A program made the translations under genes and the position numbers. A stretch of 64,000 bases of DNA from an uncultured Gammaproteobacteria bacterium (GTDB lineage Bacteria > Patescibacteriota > Patescibacteriia > Magasanikbacterales > UBA922): contig CAYQNA010000001.1 in NCBI GenBank assembly GCA_964418775.1, positions 64,446 through 128,445 on the forward strand. The letters run 5' to 3'. The notes below the pieces were generated by a model. The model had not been told where the DNA came from, ran no database searches, and saw nothing but the letters and a program-made list of their open reading frames with translations. This document shows, piece by piece, positions 63,317-64,000 of this stretch (position 1 is its first letter; each line of letters starts with the position of its first letter).

Positions 63317-64000
63317 TTAATTATCGGTTAAGCGGGGCGCGATTTGGCGCCAAATAAGGTCATGAATAACGTCTTTGGAAAGGAGTTCGCCGCCTGGGGC
63401 ACATTCCACCAGGGTGAATTCGGGAAAGCGCTGCGCCATGTCCAGATAACTGACCTCGGCGGCTTTGAGGTGAGCCATATCTGCTTCGTGAATGTCACGT
63501 TTTTTGCCTTGCAAATACTCCCGGTCATCTTTTTTATCAATGAGTGCGGAGGCAACTTCGGCTGGTACGTGCAAAATTAAATTCACGTCAGGCTTGGGAA
63601 TACCAAAGATAGTATACTCCAAATCACGTACCCAAGCAAAGTATTTAGCGCGTTCGTCGGGGTCAGAAATTTTACCGCCCTGGTGCCCCATGTTTGAACC
63701 AACATAGCGATTGGCAATTACCACTTTGCCTTCGGCTAACCATTGTTTCATTTCGGCGCTGGCAGCGTAACGGTCAGCGGCGTAAAAAATTGACGCGCGG
63801 TACGCCCCAACTTCTTCGGCTGTGCCGTATTTACCGTGCAAATAATCCTCCACCATGGCGGCACTGCGTTCGCCGTAGCGGGGGAAGCTAATGGCTTGTA
63901 CAGCGTGCCCTTCGGTTTTCAAGCGCTCCACCAGCAAATCCGTCTGCGTGCCTTTGCCTGATCCGTCCGTGCCCTCGATCATGATAAATAGGCCTGGCAT
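63317..64000 (-). CDS. tmk: Thymidylate kinase
   Basis: IEGTDGSGKGTQ P-loop and DRY-like motif region. The start codon is at the last three bases of the window (64000..63998), so the gene is just complete. Confidence 0.88.
   Translation of the reverse strand: MPGLFIMIEGTDGSGKGTQTDLLVERLKTEGHAVQAISFPRYGERSAAMVEDYLHGKYGTAEEVGAYRASIFYAADRYAASAEMKQWLAEGKVVIANRYVGSNMGHQGGKISDPDERAKYFAWVRDLEYTIFGIPKPDVNLILHVPAEVASALIDKKDDREYLQGKKRDIHEADMAHLKAAEVSYLDMAQRFPEFTLVECAPGGELLSKDVIHDLIWRQIAPRLTDN

Overview
This 64 kb window looks like the chromosome of a small-genome bacterium, probably Patescibacteria/CPR-like; that placement is inferred from gene content and order, not proven. It carries housekeeping genes on both strands: rpoB-rpoC, truB, yebC, ruvC, rpsO, pnp, recA, ftsK, thrS, miaA, gatB, tmk and a type IV pilus ATPase (pilB). 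It also carries a tRNA-Ser(CGA) gene, a cell-envelope cluster (O-antigen-ligase-like protein, Wzx-like flippase, SpoIID/LytB, secreted peptidoglycan-binding proteins), a DNA-repair/stress cluster (Ogt, photolyase, VOC, DoxX) and a MerR/TipA-like regulator next to an ABC-2 exporter.

The main discovery candidate is a strongly AT-rich island of about 8 kb (26581-34582) lying between ftsK and rpoB, with GC-rich segments on both sides. The island encodes three truncated class II aminoacyl-tRNA-synthetase paralogs from three different subclasses: an AsnRS-like catalytic core, an AlaRS-like catalytic domain, and a ThrRS-like catalytic plus anticodon-binding module. With them are an S66 LD-carboxypeptidase/MccF-like hydrolase, an APH-fold kinase, a PurD-like ATP-grasp ligase, an NT5C-like HAD nucleotidase and a P-loop nucleoside-kinase-like protein. 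This gene set suggests tRNA-independent amino-acid activation and ligation onto a nucleoside or nucleotide scaffold, with an MccF-like hydrolase as possible self-protection. That would be a candidate aminoacyl-nucleotide (Trojan-horse aaRS-inhibitor-like) system; the function is entirely inferred and untested. The host appears to keep its own full-length thrS (with a probable T-box leader) and gatB in the same window.

Secondary signals: a cluster of three DnaA boxes with an adjacent AT-rich stretch upstream of rpoB; a probable T-box leader for thrS; an NYN-domain gene inserted between rpsO and pnp; an orphan MazF/PemK-like gene; and a GC-rich Cys-rich lipoprotein of apparently foreign origin.

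Gene starts were refined by eye, because the supplied ORF track uses ATG/GTG/TTG starts and longest-ORF extension. No homology searches were run; every assignment rests on motifs I recognised.
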